A DNA stretch of 64,000 nt, taken from positions 20,772,001-20,836,000 of the forward strand of contig NC_086118.1 of assembly GCF_963921235.1 (NCBI RefSeq). The letters run 5' to 3'. Origin of the DNA: Mobula hypostoma (Eukaryota). The notes beneath the pieces are model-generated. The model had not been told where the DNA came from and made no database searches. It saw nothing but the letters and a program-made list of their open reading frames with translations. The position numbers and the translations under genes are program-made. Shown piece after piece: positions 40,140-55,317 of this stretch (position 1 is the first letter of the stretch; every line of letters starts with the position of its first letter).

Positions 40140-41489
40140 TATTCTTCTACTTCATGTACATTCATAAGCCTGTCTAAAAGCCTCTTGTTTGTCTCCATCA
40201 TCACCCCAGGCATTGCATTTTAGGGACTCACTACTCTCTGTATAAAGAAAAACTTGTCCCACACATCTCCTTTGAACTTAACCCCCTCACCTTAAATGCA
40301 TGTCCTTTGGTATTAGACATTTCAACCCTGGGAAAAAGATACCAGCTATTTACTCATATCTATGCCTCTCATAATCTTATAATGCCCAGCAGATCTCCTA
40401 TCCACATTTCTGTCCAGAGAAAACACCCAAGTTGTCCAACCTCTCCTTATATTTCTCTATTCCAGACAGCATCCTGATAACCTTTTCTGCATCCTCTCCA
40501 AAGCCTCAACATCCTTCCTATGAAGGAACGATTGGAACTGAATGCTGTGTTCCATATGTGGCTTGTAAAGCTGCAACATAACTTTCTAACTCTTGAAGAC
40601 AATCCCTTGACCAATAAAGGTAAGCATGCTATCTCCTTTCTTCAACACCCTGTCATCCCGTGTTGCCAAAAACTGTGTAGACTTTGTTGAAATACAGAAA
40701 ATGCTGAAGTACTCGATTTGAAACATTGATTCAGTTTCTTTTCATACAAATTGAGGCTGACCAGGGTATTTCTACCATTTTTAGTTTTTGTTTCTTTAAT
40801 TTTCAGCTTCTGCAGCTTTGTAATTTTCATCTGTTTTAAATACCACAAAACATTTATCCTCTTCTTAATACCTTTCAATAAATTTACGGGCCAGGTTTCT
40901 TCATTTTATTGGAAAAAGATATACAAATTGAAAGTAATTTTGAGAACGTGAAAATAAACTGAGAAGTAATGTGTTTTCAGATTAAATTTAATTGATTTTA
41001 TGTTTTAAATACTGTATGTACAAATAATTTGGACTTAGATGTTTTCACCTCAAACTGGGTAATTTATTCACAAGGCATTGATTCTGGGTTAAGCATTTAG
41101 GATGTTCACAGTGCATTCTCTCCTGGAAGCAACTCCACTGTAGAAGCTTTGCTATTGATGAAAGAAGTAATGAAACCAGGAACAGCATTCTGCACTGATG
41201 TATCAACACAAAGAATTTAGAGTGTAATTTGAAATCACACTCATCAAATTTGGTCAACGGGTGTTAGAATTGACTCAAGATTTCCATATAAATAAAAGAC
41301 ATCTTTGAAACATAAGGTACAATGATTATACAAAGGAAGTGGAATTTCTAAAAAAGTTTGTGGGGTTAAAAGTTTGATGTTAGGTTTTAGTTGAGGACGT
41401 TAAAAACTTTTAAAATAATTATTCACATATTTTTGGAAGTAGCAGAACAATTTGATCAGAAGAATTGGATTTTTTTTCCCAGGTTATTG

Positions 41490-43675
41490 GTTTCCTTCTT
41501 TTTAATTGCACAGTTAGAGCAACAGGGATGCCAGGGAGGATAGTTGAATGCTCCTCTTGTGGGGTGTGGCAAGGCAGGAAGACTTCCAGTGTCCTTGATG
41601 ATTTTACCTGAAAGAAGTGCATCCAGCTGCAGCTTCTAATACTGTTTGAAGGAGCTGGAGCTGGAGCTGGAACTGGATGAACTCTGCACTAGTCGGGAGG
41701 CTGACTGGGTGAAGGCAGAACATGTAGGGAGATCGTTACACCTAAGGTGAAGGACATGGGAAACTTGGTGACAGGAGGATGACGGGTTAAACAGCTAGTT
41801 GTATAGTACCCCTGTAGCCATCCCTCTCAACAACAGGTATACCACTTTGGATGCTTTTTGGAGGGGGGGTGACTTAGCAGAGGGAAGTCACAGTGGTCAG
41901 GTGTCTGGCACTGTCCAGCCCTGTTGCTCAGAAGGAAAGCAAGGAGGAGCGGTGAACTGCCGAAATAGGGGATTCATTAGTTAGGGGACCAGAAAGGAGT
42001 TTCTATGGGCAAGAATGAGATTCCTATATGGTATGTTGCCTCTCAGGTGCCAGGGTCCAGGATAGGCGGCTTTAACTTTACACATTTTGACTGGCGCTTC
42101 CATACTGTAAAAGGACTAGATGAGATAAAGTTTGTCAAATATGTTCAGGAAAGTATCCTTAATTAGTATATAGAAGTCCCAACAAAAGAGTATGCCATAT
42201 TTGAACTCCTATTAGGGAATGACACAGGGCAGGTGACAGATGTTTGTGTATCACTTCATCTAGTGATCGTAATGTCATTAGTTTCGAGGTAGTTATGGAA
42301 AAGAATAGGTCTCATCCTTGGATTGTGATTCCAAATTGGAGAAAGGCCAATTTTGATGATATCAGAAATGATCTGGCGTATGGATTGGGACTAGTTGTTT
42401 TCTGGCAGAGGAGTACTTGGTAAGTGGGAGGCCTTCAAAAGTGAAATTTTGGGAGCACAAAGTTTGTACGTGTCTGTCAGAATAACAGGTTGACAAGGAT
42501 AACACGTTTAGGAAACCTTGGTTTTCGAGAGATTAAGGCCCTGGTTAAGAAGAAAAGGGGAGTTTCGTAGCAGGTACAGGCAGGTAGGAACAAGTGAGGT
42601 CCTTGAGGAGTACAAGAAATGCACTAAAGAAAGAAATCAGGAGGGCTAAAAGAAGGGATGAGGTTGTTCTAGCAAACAAGTTGAAGTAGAATCCTAAGGT
42701 TTCTACAGATATTTTGAGAGCAAAAGGACTGTAAGGCACACACTTGGCCTTCTGGAAGATCAGAATGGTATCTATACCAAAAGAGATGGTGGAGATCTTA
42801 AATGGATTTTTTGCATCTGTATTTACTCGGGACATGGACACAGAGTTTATAGAAGTGAGGCAAAACATTAGTGAGGTCATGGTCCCTATACAGATTACAG
42901 AGGAGGAGGTATTTGCTGTGTTGACACAAATCCCCAGGACATGACAAGGTGTTCATTTTCAGATAAGTGCAGAAATTGCAGCAGCCCTAGTAGAGATATT
43001 TAAATCATCCTTAGTGACAGGTGAGGTACTGGAGGATTGGAGGATAGCTAATGTTGTTTTGTTGTTTAAGGAAGGCTCTAAGAATAAAGCAGGAAACTAC
43101 AGAGACGAGAAAATTTGTAGACACTAGAAATCCAAGCAACACACACAAAATGCTTAATGAACTCAGCAGGCCAGGCAGCATCTATGGAAAAGAGTAAACA
43201 GTTGATGTTTCGGGCCAAGACCCTTCATCAGGACTCATGAAGGGTCTTGGCCTGAAACATCGACAGGAAATTATATGCTGGGTTGAGGGGAGATTTGATA
43301 AAGGTATATAGAATTATGACGGGTTATAGATAGTGTAAATGTAAACAGGCTTTTTCCACTGTGGTTGGGTAAGACTACAATTAGAAGTCATGGGTTATGG
43401 GTGAAAGGTGAAATGTTTAAGGGGAATATGAGGGGGAACTTCTTCACTCAGAGGGTGATGAGAGTGTGGAACGAGCTGCCTGCGTAAGTGGTGGATGCAA
43501 TTTTGATTTCAACGTTTAAGAGAAGTTTGGGTAGGGACGTGGATGGGAAGGGTATGGATGGCTCTAGTCCGGGTCTAGGTTGATGGGACTTGGCAGTTTA
43601 AATGTTTCGACATAGACTAAATGGGCCAAAGGGCCTATTTCTGTGCTGTAGTTTTAGTCTATTTTATGATTTTAT
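41490..43675 (+). mobile_element. Second CR1 family: internally deleted copy retaining ORF1 remnants, ORF2 pieces and the 3' end
   Basis: ECSSCGVW...KCIQLQLL (Cys motif); GDSLVRG...VCCLSGARVQD (SGNH esterase-like ORF1); LNGFFASVFT; PEDWRIANV-like; 3' FFTQRVMRVWNELP. Confidence 0.82.
43101..43263 (-). mobile_element. Penelope-derived mini-element ending in an inverted hammerhead duplication, inserted in CR1
   Basis: Terminal-repeat sequence plus a hairpin with 25-bp arms (43204-43228 / 43237-43261); flanked by caggaaacta / caggaaatta. Confidence 0.8.
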
Positions 43676-43795
43676 CATTTCTGTTGTAACACCTTGGTTA
43701 CTTGGCTTCATCAATATAGACATAGATCTCAAGATTTAGCTTTGTAGAATCCATTGTTCAGACATACATACATAACCGGGTGTGTAAATATACAT

Positions 43796-43895
43796 GTAAC
43801 ACACACAAAAACTGGAGGAACTCAGCAGGCCAGGCAGCATCTAGGAAAAGAGTACAGCCGATGTTCCAGCATCTGCAGATTTTCCATTTTTTGTA
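43796..43895. mobile_element. 100-bp Penelope-derived mini-element with 11-bp TSD
   Basis: TSD taaatatacat (43785-43795 and 43896-43906); two terminal-repeat pieces in opposite orientation. Confidence 0.75.
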
Positions 43896-44334
43896 TAAAT
43901 ATACATATCCATGTGTGTATGTATATTTGTGAATTGTGTCAGGTTAACTAAAGCTAAACTTGTATGCAGGAAGTTGGACTCTTAGCATCAGTTTTAAGCG
44001 GGCTAATTGTTGACCAATACCGAATGCTTGGCATGATTCTACAGAAGTTTGGCACTTTTCTAAATTTAGCTAGTTGCTAAAATCTCCAAGAAGTGGTGCA
44101 ATACATATTGAAATAACTGGCTTCACTACATGTTTCTGTAGAAACTAGTTTCTCCTGACAAGGATCTGTTGTAGACATGTACTTCAGATTACTGCATAGC
44201 CAGGAGAGTGAACAGTGAGTGGAAGAGTATCGAAAAGAGGGCATATCAGTTTGGTTCTTCTGGAGTAATTCTTCCCTGCTAGCAGCAGAAACTAGAGTGT
44301 AGTTTACATAGGACATACAAATTTGACATTTAAA

Positions 44335-44460
44335 AACGCAAACACGAGGAAATCTGCAGATGCTGGAAATTCAAGCAACACACACAAAATGCGGTGGAAC
44401 ACAGCAGGCCAGACAGCATCCATAGGAAGAAGCACAGTCGACGTTTCAGGCTGAGACCCT
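44335..44460 (-). mobile_element. Penelope terminal-repeat fragment with the 3' half of a hammerhead
   Basis: - strand AGGGTCTCAGCCTGAAACGTCGACTGT; possible duplication gacatacaaat at 44312-44322 and 44471-44481. Confidence 0.72.
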
Positions 44461-45074
44461 GTTGTCTTTTGACATACAAATGTGTGCTGACAGTTATTTA
44501 TCATCACCCTGTCTGATTCTTGCTCTATCTATTTTAGCTCTAATTTGAGTTCAAAAACAAATAAATTATAGTAAACCTTCAGGATTTCCTGGGTGGTGCA
44601 ATTTGGATTTATAAGTCTTGACAAAGGATAAAATGAGAGTTGCTGGACTTCAGTGATGTGGATTAACACAGAAAATGCTGATGGAACTTGAGGTTGGGGG
44701 TGTTCAGGCAGCTTCTGTGGAGCGAAGCAGATTGTTTGGACTAAAAGATGGAGGGGAGATGGTATATAAAGGTGGAGGGAAGGGGTGGAGCAAGGGCTGG
44801 CAGACAATATGTGCATTCAAGTGAGGAGGGTTGATAGGTACAATCCTATCATCCTATAGGTAAGTACAATCTATACCCTGTATAGAGAAAGGGAGAGTGG
44901 GAATAGCATTAGAAGCTGGGAGGAGAGAGGTGGAAGTGTCAAAAGGCTCAAGATGATGGAGTCGGATATGAGAGGATGGTGGGGAGGGTACATGAGTGTA
45001 GTGGTTGAGGTGGTGGAATAAAATAGAGATGAGAATCTGTAGGACTGTCATGACTAGAGGACATGAATCTAAGA

Positions 45075-45410
45075 TTCATGGAATTACACAGGGATGCTAT
45101 ACAGAAACAGGCTGCCCTCCAAGTCTGTGCAACTATTGAGCACCAAATTCGATCAGACATTCTCTTTACATTTCCATCAGCATTACCCACTACAAATTCT
45201 ACCACTTGCCTATATGCTATGGGTAATGTACTGTGGCTAATTAACATATCAACATGCATGTTTTATTTTGGTATGTGGGATATCCAGAGAAAATTTGCAT
45301 GGTCACAGAGAGAATGTGCAAATGCCACACTGACAACACTGTATTGAATCGAACCCAGGCCAGTGGAGCTTTGAAGTTGCGGCTTTACTAGCTGTGTCAC
45401 TGTGCTACTC
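45075..45410 (-). mobile_element. Old tRNA-derived (V-SINE-like) SINE
   Basis: - strand head gcacagtgacacagctagtaaagc...gggttcgattc. Similar to 52058-52375 and 9870-10190. Confidence 0.6.
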
Positions 45411-45734
45411 TTCTGTTGCCAAATTACTGAGAAAGAAGTGAGAATTCTTTTAATGAGCTGAATTATTGAGATTTGGAATGCACTGCTCGGAAACTTTCAG
45501 AATAGAATTGGATATTTGGGGTTTTGAAGAAATAATAGGAATGAAACAAAGAGGATAGATCTCTCAGAGATGGCAGAAAGTTGATGAATTACATGGCAGT
45601 CTGTGCTGTCTGCTTCAGCAAATTCTTCAGTCTCTAAAAATTGATACATCCTTAAAATGAGCAGCTATGTGAAGTATTTTGGTTAATAAATCAGATCTAC
45701 ATTTTGAATGTTTCTTATGCAAATATCAACACTA

Positions 45735-47405
<1,671 letters not shown>

Positions 47406-48117
47406 TTATGAATCACAGCATTCCTTGGATCTTTGTTGAAGTGTTCTTTAAATGTTGATACTTAAAAATTTCGAAAACTCCACACTCTTGATTGTCCTGG
47501 TGACCAAAAATTGCCACTTGATAAATGTTGGAATAATTTGCATGAAACTGTGGAACAAAGAATATAAATTTGTTAGTCCTAAACAAAGAGTAAAAGCCAG
47601 CACATTCCTACAGACACACCTGGTTTCAGAAACTTGAATGCAAATCTGGCAAAGTGGCACTGGGCCATCTTTTGTCTTAGAATTTGTATTAAACAGTATT
47701 TTATAGATTGCATCTGTTTAATGACCTAAACTGAAGTTGAAAGATTCAAAGCAACACTTAAATGTTTGTTTTTTAAAGTCTAGAATCAACTTTCTCCCAT
47801 ATTTACTGTTGCCATTGTGATTTTTTTTAAAGTAATGTTCGTGTTCACAGGACATGCAAAAAGAAATAATGGTATGACTTCAACACTAGAATTTCCAGTC
47901 TGTTACCATCTGTTTAAGGAAATTTTTCCCTACTTACTAAATGGTTAAAAACTTTATTATTTGAATATATGCATTAATTTGCCACCAACAGTTGATCAAT
48001 TATTTAGTATTAAGTTGGATACATTTTAATTAAATCATGATCTTTTCTTTAGCAAATTTTAACGCTGTCTTCAAATTTCTGCTTTAATTTATTTATAATG
48101 AATAAATGACTTGGAGA

Positions 48118-49175
48118 AACAGACACAAAATGTTGGAGAAACTCAGCAAGTTATGCAGTATATGACTATTAATATGGAAGGAGAGAGAGACTGATTTTTG
48201 CACAGTACTATAGGTGAAAACAGGTGAGGAGGAAGGTGGGTCAGTGGGGAGGCCATAGGTGAAAGAGGTAAACGGCTGAAGAAAAAGGAATCTGATTGGA
48301 GAGGGCAGTGGACCATAGTAGGAGGTGATGTGCACGTGAGGAGAAGAGAATGGATCGGAACCCGAACGTGTAATGGAAAAAGAGAGAAGCGGGAGGGGAG
48401 AGAATTACTATGTTAAAAAAATCGATGTTCATGCCATCAGGTTGAAGGCTACCTTATGGAATATGAGGTGCTGCTCCTCCAATCTGAAGGTGACCTCATC
48501 ATGACCACAGAGGACTCCATGGACAAACATGTTAGAGTAGGAATGGGAAGTAGAATTAAAATGGGTCGACCCCAGGAAATCCTGCCTTTTATGGTGAACA
48601 GAGTGAAAGTGCTCGACAAAGTTGTCCCTAAATCTGTGTTGGGTTTCCCTGATACAGTTGAGGCCATACCAGGAGCACCAGGTATGTTAAATGACCCCGA
48701 CAGACTTGTAGGTGAAGTGTTATGTCACCTGAAAGGACTCTTTGTGGCCCTGAATGATTGTGAGGGAGGAGATGCAGCACTTGTCCTGCTTGCAGGAGGG
48801 AGATGAGTGAGGAGGGACGAGTTGACAAGGGAGTCACATGGAGAGCGATCCCTGCAAAGAGTTGGGGCTGGGGGATGGAAAGATGTGGTTAGTGATAGGA
48901 TTCTGTTGAAGATGACAGAAGTTATGCAGAATTATGTGTTCAATGTAGTGGCTCATATGGTGGTAGCTAAGGACTAGGGAAACGCTATCCCTGTTACAGT
49001 GGCGGGAAGTTGGGCTGACGGTAGATGTCTGGGAAATTGAGGATATGCAGGTGAGGGCAGCATTAGTGATAGAGGAAGGGAAAATCCCATTCTTTGAAGA
49101 AGTTGAACATTTCAAATTTTCTGAAACAGAAAGCCTCATCCTAGGAACAAATGATGCAGAAACAGAGGAACTGAT
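48118..49175 (-). mobile_element. Penelope-like element fragment (RT C-terminal region, GIY-YIG and terminal repeat)
   Basis: Decayed DSVSLVLSYH...IILHNFCHLQQNPITNHIFP and GIY-YIG remnant; terminal repeat acagacacaaaatgttggagaaactcagc. Confidence 0.8.
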
Positions 49176-49519
49176 GAAAGTCAATAGTTTTTTTTACAAA
49201 TGAAAAAGTTTAGAAACTGGGAGGTACATTGGAGTTGCTTTTCAACCTGGTCGAATACTTGATCCTGCATCAAGGTTTGAAGGTATAATGTAGCTTGATT
49301 TTGTGAGCACTTGGGGACATCTTGAAGATGTGTAAGATGACATATAAATGCAAGATTTTCATAACAGCTGTCTGCACAGAGAATTATTACAGTCATGCCA
49401 CTTTAACTTCCTGATATCAAAGGAAGAACTGCAAAAGCTAATATATATATTAAAGTCACACATGTCTTTGTGAACAGGCAAAAAGTAGAGCGTACAGTCA
49501 TTTTGCAGCACCATGTAAT

Positions 49520-49878
49520 TGAAGTCAAAGTTGAGTTTATTATGCACAAGTACACGTATGCACTGGTGCAATGAAAAACTGACTTGCTGCCGCATCATAG
49601 GCACATACTACCATTTAAGCAACATTCATAAGAAAAACATAAATCAAACATAAACTATACACAAGTTTTAAAAGAAAGAACACAATTAGAACAAAAAAAT
49701 GTCCATTTTGGTGCAAATTAATCAAATTGGTTGTAGAGTTATTAAACTGTCATGATTAGGATTTTGCCAGTTTGTTCTTGAACTTGGTGGTGTGGGACTT
49801 CAGGTTTCTCTATCTCCTGCTTGATGATAGCTGTGAGAAGATATCATGACCCAGATGGTGGGGATCTTTGATGATGGA
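49520..49878 (-). mobile_element. Rex1/Babar-like 3' end fragment
   Basis: Similar to 31130-31235 (gaacttggtggtgtgggact...atggtgggggatctttgatgatgga). Confidence 0.6.
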
Positions 49879-49879
49879 T

Positions 49880-50438
49880 ATTTCCTTCTTCCACTCCCAA
49901 CTCTTTGCAGGGATTGCTCTCTATGTGACTCCCTTGTCCACTCATCCCTCCCCACTTCGCTCCATCCTGCAAGCCAGACAAGTGCTGCACCCGCTCCTAC
50001 ACCTCCTCCGTCACCACCATTCAGGGCTGCAAAGAGTCCTTTCAGGGGAGGTGACACTTTACCTGCAAGTGTTTCGAGGTCATCTACTGCATCTGGTGTT
50101 CCTGGTATGGCTTCATCTATATCCGGGAAATCCAATACTGATTTGGGGACAACTTTGTTGAGCACCTTTGCTTCGTTCACCATAAAAGGTAGGACTTCCT
50201 GGTGGCGACCCATCTTAATTCTGCTTCCCATCCCCACTCTAGCCTGTCTGTCCATGGCCTCCTCAATGGTCATGATAATGCCACCTTCAGGTTGGAGAAG
50301 CAACACCTCATATTCCATCAAGGTAGCCTTCAACCTGATGGCATGAACATCGATTTTTCGAACATGGTGATTCTCTCCCCTCTTGCTTCTCTCTTTTTCC
50401 ATTACACATTTTGGTTCCTATCCCTTCTCTTCTCCTCT
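49880..50438 (+). mobile_element. Penelope-like GIY-YIG fragment
   Basis: ATHLNSASHPHSSLSVHGLL...FRLEKQHLIFHQGSLQPDGMNIDFSN; inverted relative to 48340-48880. Confidence 0.82.
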
Positions 50439-52057
50439 AACCTTGAACAACGGAGGGCATCAGCTTAGGAAAAATTTGGTTCTGAATCGTTCTCAGGATT
50501 GGAACTCTGTTCTAACCTGGAGCCTGGGCCATGCTTGGACTTTTCCACTATGTTGAAGTCCATTTATTCTATATTACCAGTGAATGTGCATTTTTCAGAG
50601 AAATATAAATTGCTCTATTCAGGTTACTTTCTCTCAGGGAAAAGTAAATAATATTCACCTGTCTCATTAGTAAGAACAAGATAAGGATGATCCATGCTGA
50701 AACCTGGAAGAGCTCAAATGACTAAAATCGGATAAGAAGGGTGAGAGGTGTTTGGGAAATCAGTAGATTATTTCAGAGAGCTTGTTCTTTTCACTTTTCT
50801 GTTGCCAGCAAAGCCTGTTGTAGCTTGCCCTTATTGCTTGTCCTGGTCCAAGTTCATGAGAAAGTCTGATGGTTTCGTTCTCATGGTCTGAAAGCTTTCT
50901 GCAGTAAATTACCCCAAAGACTAGATGCTTTCTCATGAAAAAGAGTTAACTAAAACATTCCACACTACTAATCACTCTGATCTGAAAAATGAGATTCTGA
51001 TTTAATGTTTCAGCTAACCTTTCAGTAAATAAATGTAAAGCATAGTTTAATTATTGATTGTGGTTCCTTTTTATTAAGGTAGACGTTCATTTAGTTATTA
51101 TTCTATATTGTTCAACTTATTTGAAAAATGTAGAAGATAAAATGCATATGTAAAAACAATTGGCATTGTAGGTATATTGTGTTCCAAGTCCCTTTGAAAC
51201 CAGGAGTTAGAAAAGTCTGATTTATTTTACTGTAATGAATTCTGCCACATATGATTAGTCTAAACAATTGTTATAATCCAGAGATATTCCGAGATTTTAT
51301 AAACCTGAATTTTGTCTGCTTTTAAGCAATTCTAACTTATTTCTTCTTGTTTTCTATTACTGAAAATAGGATAGATCATGGTATATGGAGATTACTTTAA
51401 AAAATGCTGCATATATTTCGTAAGATTAAGCATATATTAAAATTTACACTTGTATTCCTTTTAAAACAAAAATACATATTGTGCTGTATCATTTGTTGTC
51501 AAATTACCATTGAGTATTAATTTGCAGATTTTGGTGGTACAGTACTACAGAGCCCACACAGTGGCATAACCTGGCTTCTTGCCCTCAGTAATATTTAATA
51601 AAATTTCAATTGCATGCTCAGGTATATTTCAGGGAATGTTTTACTGAGACTGTTTCACAAGAAATGATTGACCAGGTTTTCAGTGTATTTGTAAACTCTT
51701 GAAAACTCTTGGAATAGTTCTGCATTTCTGATTTAGGTTTTGGTGGTACCTACTTTCAGCTTGCTAAAATAGGATAAATCTGGCTATATCTTGAAAGTTT
51801 CCAGATCTATCCATTTTGAATACAAAATTTGTTTATAAAACAATTCCTGACTAGTTTTCTGCAGGTAGTTGGTGTTGTGGTATTGCCCAGTGCTCAGAAT
51901 TGCTTATGTAGTATTCATGGGTTATTTGACTCCATGCATTTCAAAGTATCTGTAAAAGCTATATTAAGTAACCATTTTAAGAGCATGATCCCTCCCAGGA
52001 TTATTCTCAGGAATATCAGAAGAAGAATTCTTAGTTAGGTTTCATCAAAATCTGGAA

Positions 52058-52375
52058 GCACAGTGGCACAGCTAGAAGAGCTGTTGCCTCAGAATTACAG
52101 TGATTTCTGAGCTCTAGTGCTGTTTGTGTGAAGTTCGCACATTCTCGGTGACTGCATGAGGTTGCCGTGGATGCTCTGCTTTCTTTCCGTATTCCAGAGA
52201 TATGGCTTGGTAGCTTAGTTGGCCACTTAAGTACACCCACTGTGGATGAGTGGTTGGACCTGAATTAAGTTGATGGAAATGTGGAAAGAATAGGTTACTG
52301 GAAATATTTGTGGGGAATAAGGTTGCTCTGTGAGCTGGCAACGACGTGATGGACCAAAATGTCCTCAATATCATG
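52058..52375 (+). mobile_element. tRNA-derived V-SINE-like element
   Basis: gcacagtggcacagctag head; core tgtgtgaagttcgcacattctc. Confidence 0.62.
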
Positions 52376-52707
52376 AGGAAATAATTGTAAGTTTAGACCC
52401 AATTGTCTATATAAAGTCTTAAAAAAAAGTTCCCAAGCTCAGTTCTTACCCAGTGATCATTCTCAGCTGCAAAGGTCGTAAAGTTCAAAATAAATTTACT
52501 ATCAAAGTACATTGATGTCACCATATACTACCATGAAATTCATTTTCTTATAGGCATTCATAGTAAATAAAATGAAATATAATAGAATCAGTGAAAATGC
52601 ACACAAGCAAACTATGCAAAAGACAACAGTGTGCAAATACTAAAAAGAAGAAAATAATCGTAAATAATAATAAATAAGCAATAAATATTGAGAACATGAG
52701 CTGAGAG

Positions 52708-53033
52708 CAATGTTCCCTCTAATTTGTAATGACCAGCGTACACAAAAATCTTGTGCTGTGCAATTTTTTGCCCAGTGACAACAATATGTACTCACTGAAT
52801 GATTTATTCAATAAAAACAGTATAAATAAACCAGTTCTAAAATCTGCAGACAAAACATTGCAAACCTCCACATTGTCAACACTGTTCACATCAGAAACTG
52901 GGAAAGGAAATGTGATTGTGTATGATCATGAAATATACTTAAGATGCCGACGAGTTAGAGGGTGACAACATTTTGTGTGCAGTTTAAATTCCTAGCAAAA
53001 GATGTGTATGCACACACCTTAGAGGGAATATTG
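52708..53033. mobile_element. hAT-type MITE (326 bp) inserted in a Rex1-like 3' end (about 52482-53150)
   Basis: 15-bp TIRs caatgttccctctaa / ttagagggaatattg (14/15 match); 8-bp TSD gctgagag (52700-52707) / gttgagag (53034-53041). The host repeat is uninterrupted in the copy at about 31010. Confidence 0.85.
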
Positions 53034-55317
53034 GTTGAGAGTCCTTAAAAGTAAGTCCAGAGATTGTCCATAGTTCGTGGAATCAATTCAGTGTTGGGGC
53101 GAGTATAGTTATCCCCTCTGGTTCAAGAGCTTGATGTTGAGGGGTAATAGCTGATTGTTCTGTTGCTGATCTGAACATTCCTTCGTGTTCTTGCATTTGT
53201 CATCCACTTACATTTTCTTGTCCCTTGATGCACAATTTGCATTTTCTGAGAATTTGATCCTCAGACTGTTTCTCAGACACCACAGTCAAATAACTTGCTG
53301 TTATTCATATTCTGGTCATGCCTGATGATTGATACTTGTGTATGATATAATAAGGTGTCCATGAAAAAATGTGCAATGGTACCAAAATGGCTTATTACAT
53401 TTAAAAAGTATCATCTATATATGTTGCCATATTTCCAATGTAACTACATTTTTGGGTAATTGAATTTTAGATTATAAAATCTTTTTTTTAAAAACAGCAT
53501 TTGTAGGTGTTCCTGAATAAAATGGGCAAGTATTATTTTCACTTCCACTACTCTATCTGTGACATTTTTATATGTATTTGTTTAAAAAAAATTCCATCAC
53601 TATCCCTCTTCCTACCTCCTTCTGACTGCTTTGGCTCTTCAGTGCTCCTTGTATGTACATCTGAGACATGTTCAAGAGGAGGTAGCATTAATTGCCATTT
53701 TCCCTCCCTCCCTGCAGGGAATCATTTAACAACTGATTCTGCCACCCTCTAATGGCATGCCCAACTTGTTCTATTCTGATTTTGTTAGTGAATTTGTACT
53801 ATGCACAGAAATGAGCTCCTGGCTATTTTGGCAATTTAAGGGTTGTGTATGAAGTACTTTTGAACCACCCAAATTAAAAATGACTCGACTTTTCTTCTAG
53901 AATGTGTCTAATGGAGGCAAAGATCTGATCTTATTCATGGATACAAAAACACTTTATTCTGAAATGTACACTTAAACTCTATATTTTTGATTCTACTTTA
54001 GAATTCCTCTTTCAAAACCATTATTTATGTTGATGGTTCTCATTCTCACGATTTACTACTTTTGCTGTCAGGATCTATTAAATTTAAGATCTAAAATGCA
54101 GAGGATATTGCATTTAGTTTTAATGACTCAAAAGTAGTTTAACTTGTAAAATTATTATGTGAGAATGAAGACTAGATCAGTTTTAAGTTGAGATATCTAT
54201 TCATTAATAAACTGAAGGCAGTCTTTGTTTTCCCTGAAGTTCCATTTTCTTGCCTCTCAGTGCCCTATAGTAGTACTCATCTGAAACTGTAAAAAAAAGT
54301 GCTTATAATGCTACTTTGTATCAAGTCCCTTCTTTTCCAAACAAACTCCAACATAATGACACTGAGGATTCATAACATCCTCAATTTTGAAGTTTCCTTG
54401 ATAAACCAATGTTTCACCACTGACTTCACTCTATTTCTAAATGCCAATAGAAATCAAAACTAGGGAAAATCACACTGGATAATCCACATTTAAGTTGCGT
54501 TGTACTGTATGATTATCTATTTTCTGTAAAATACATATTCTGTATTTCACAACTTATCTGTGTGTTCATCTCCTGTTGGCTCATTTCTATGCCTGGAGGA
54601 CAGAATGACGATGAATGTGGAAATTTAGATGCTGGTTCCTGGAGTGGGTGTGTATGTGCTGACACAGACTTTAAGCTTATTTTAGCACATTGTTTAAGGC
54701 AGTAGCACAGGTGCATGAGAAACATCTCTTCCTTTTAGTTAGCGAATAACATTTTGTGCCTGTAGTCTCTTTTAAATTAATTATATCTATCAAAGTTGAA
54801 ATTGTTGCTGAATTTATTTAAATTTTATTACTTTGAGCTGATTTCACGCTGAAATTATAAAATAAGGTCTTAAAGAAGCAAACTATATTCACTTTCGAGG
54901 AGTGTATTTATGAGTTAGTAGTACCTTGCAATCAACAGTTTACTTCAGGGCTTTTGATTTGACTTTTCTAATGCAGTGATGTGTGATTAAATAAATCAGA
55001 TAGACCATGAAATTGTTTACAGGTGTGCCAATTTTGGAGAATTCACTGGTGATTATTTTTAAGAACTTTTTTTGGCATGTTCCTAGATATTTCCCCAAAT
55101 ATTTTCATATATGTACAGTATCAAATGTACCTTAAATAGCAAACGCCTTTGCTGACTTTTAGATGGAAGTTTTTGTCATTGTTTTTGTACCTAATATCTA
55201 ACACAACCACAAAACAATATTATTTCACACGTCATAACTTATTAAGTTCAAAATACCTGAAATCATGTTGCAACTGGTTTTATTGTTAGTGACAGAAGTT
55301 TTTTTAAATACACTTAC

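Noticed and set aside
49800..50402. 200-aa and 166-aa overlapping ORFs
   Set aside because: Antisense or off-frame readings of a decayed Penelope fragment.
53753..53771. Full p63/p53 response element (TGGCATGCCC AACTTGTTC)
   Set aside because: The two CWWG cores are 5 nt apart rather than the canonical 6, so it is kept only as a half-site.
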